A DNA stretch of 62,544 bases, filler included, from Nemertoderma westbladi (lineage: Eukaryota > Animalia > Xenacoelomorpha): NCBI GenBank assembly GCA_032718475.1. It is 3 parts of 3 records of this genome, joined end to end, with 100 filler letters (N's around TTAATTAATTAA, not from the genome) between each part and the next. Parts side by side here need not be neighbours in the genome. Positions count along the whole stretch, not along the records: positions 54,382 to 62,544 come from JAUCBJ010002559.1; 2 more parts are not named here. One strand, 5' to 3'. The first letter of the stretch is position 1. Each line of letters begins with the position of its first letter. The translations under genes and the position numbers were made by a program. The notes below the pieces were generated by a model that was not told the DNA's origin, did not search any database, and was given only the letters and a program-made list of their open reading frames with translations. Shown here piece by piece: positions 61,809-62,544 of this stretch.

Positions 61809-62544
61809 GGGGGGGGGGGGGGGGGGGGTAGCCACCTAAAAAAAATTGTTTTTGCAAAAAAGTTTTTTTTTCTTCATTTTGTGCAGAATTTAATGGGGAA
61901 TTCGAATCTGCAATCCGTTTCTTCGTATCTTTTCCCAAAGTCGAGTTATTGGTGAATAACTGCGAGGAAGTTCGGTAAAGATATTGAAATAACGAAAAAT
62001 TATTTCCAAATGCTGTATAACGTATGAAGAATGTCACCATTACGTGCCCTATACTTGCACGTGAACCAAAAACGGAAATCCTAGCAGGGGGGTGGGAGGG
62101 AAATTCAAATGCATTTTTTATGCTATAATAGTGTAATAAGCTAAACCTGTAAACCATTTGAAGTTATACCGGTACCAGAAGTTGTAATGGGGAGAAAGAA
62201 CAGACAGAAAGCTGCTGCGCTCCAACGGTCGAGAGGCAGAGGAGGATTCATTCGATCGATCTGCGAGGAAGAGGAACTGGCAGAAATTCTTACTAGTACA
62301 GCGTCGAGAGCGGAAAATTGGAGCAATGGCGGACTACTTGAAGGAGGAATATTCGCAGTTATCCGGGTATCGTATCCAGAGTGCGAGTAACATATCCAAG
62401 CTTATTAATTTAGCTTCGGTACATGGCAGGGCATTGCACGGGCGTTCTTTCGGGCTGACAAAATAACGCTGGGGGTTGATTCCATAATGGAGTTCTTGTG
62501 CTCGGATTGTTCCTGGGACCGAATGTTTGCAAGCTGCTGAAGCG
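61809..62544 (+). mobile_element. Left end of a Kolobok-like DNA transposon with a frameshifted transposase N-terminus
   Basis: TTAA followed by G-run...TAGCCAC; GYRI...ISKLI...H..HC...GVDSIMEFLCSDCSW resembles the zinc-binding N-terminus of Kolobok-type transposases; inserted in the TTAA of a SINE core. Confidence 0.5.

Overview
AT-rich, transposon-dense eukaryotic (invertebrate-like metazoan) DNA. It consists of three contigs joined by artificial 100-bp spacers (N44-TTAATTAATTAA-N44 at 25645-25744 and 54282-54381), so adjacency across these joins is not established. The dominant feature is three copies of a minus-strand BEL/Pao-derived LTR element: A 1-3157 (partial), B 6882-18155 (complete, 1170-bp near-identical LTRs, GCTGG target duplication) and C 25745-35133 (partial). 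The element encodes Gag and protease fused in frame to a short RNase H C-terminal stub, has no RT or integrase, and carries a decayed orphan ORF in the env position. It lacks a tRNA primer-binding site. Instead, the 11-12 nt next to the 5' LTR are exactly complementary to a site inside the same LTR, and both partners change together between subfamilies, which points to Tf1-like self-priming. The leader also contains an HIV-DIS-like palindromic kissing loop that differs between subfamilies, and several covarying hairpins. Other content: two halves of a Mag-like Ty3/Gypsy element, a two-exon C2H2 zinc-finger gene whose N-terminus resembles a PDE5/10/11 helix motif, a single-exon Cys-rich gene for a probably GPI-anchored protein, RTE, CR1/L2 and CRE-like LINE fragments, a 3.5-kb 8-mer satellite grown inside a CR1 3' end, foldback/MITE palindromes, a Helentron-type element, a tRNA-derived SINE and the start of a Kolobok-like transposon. 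All family assignments come from recalled motifs; no database search was run.
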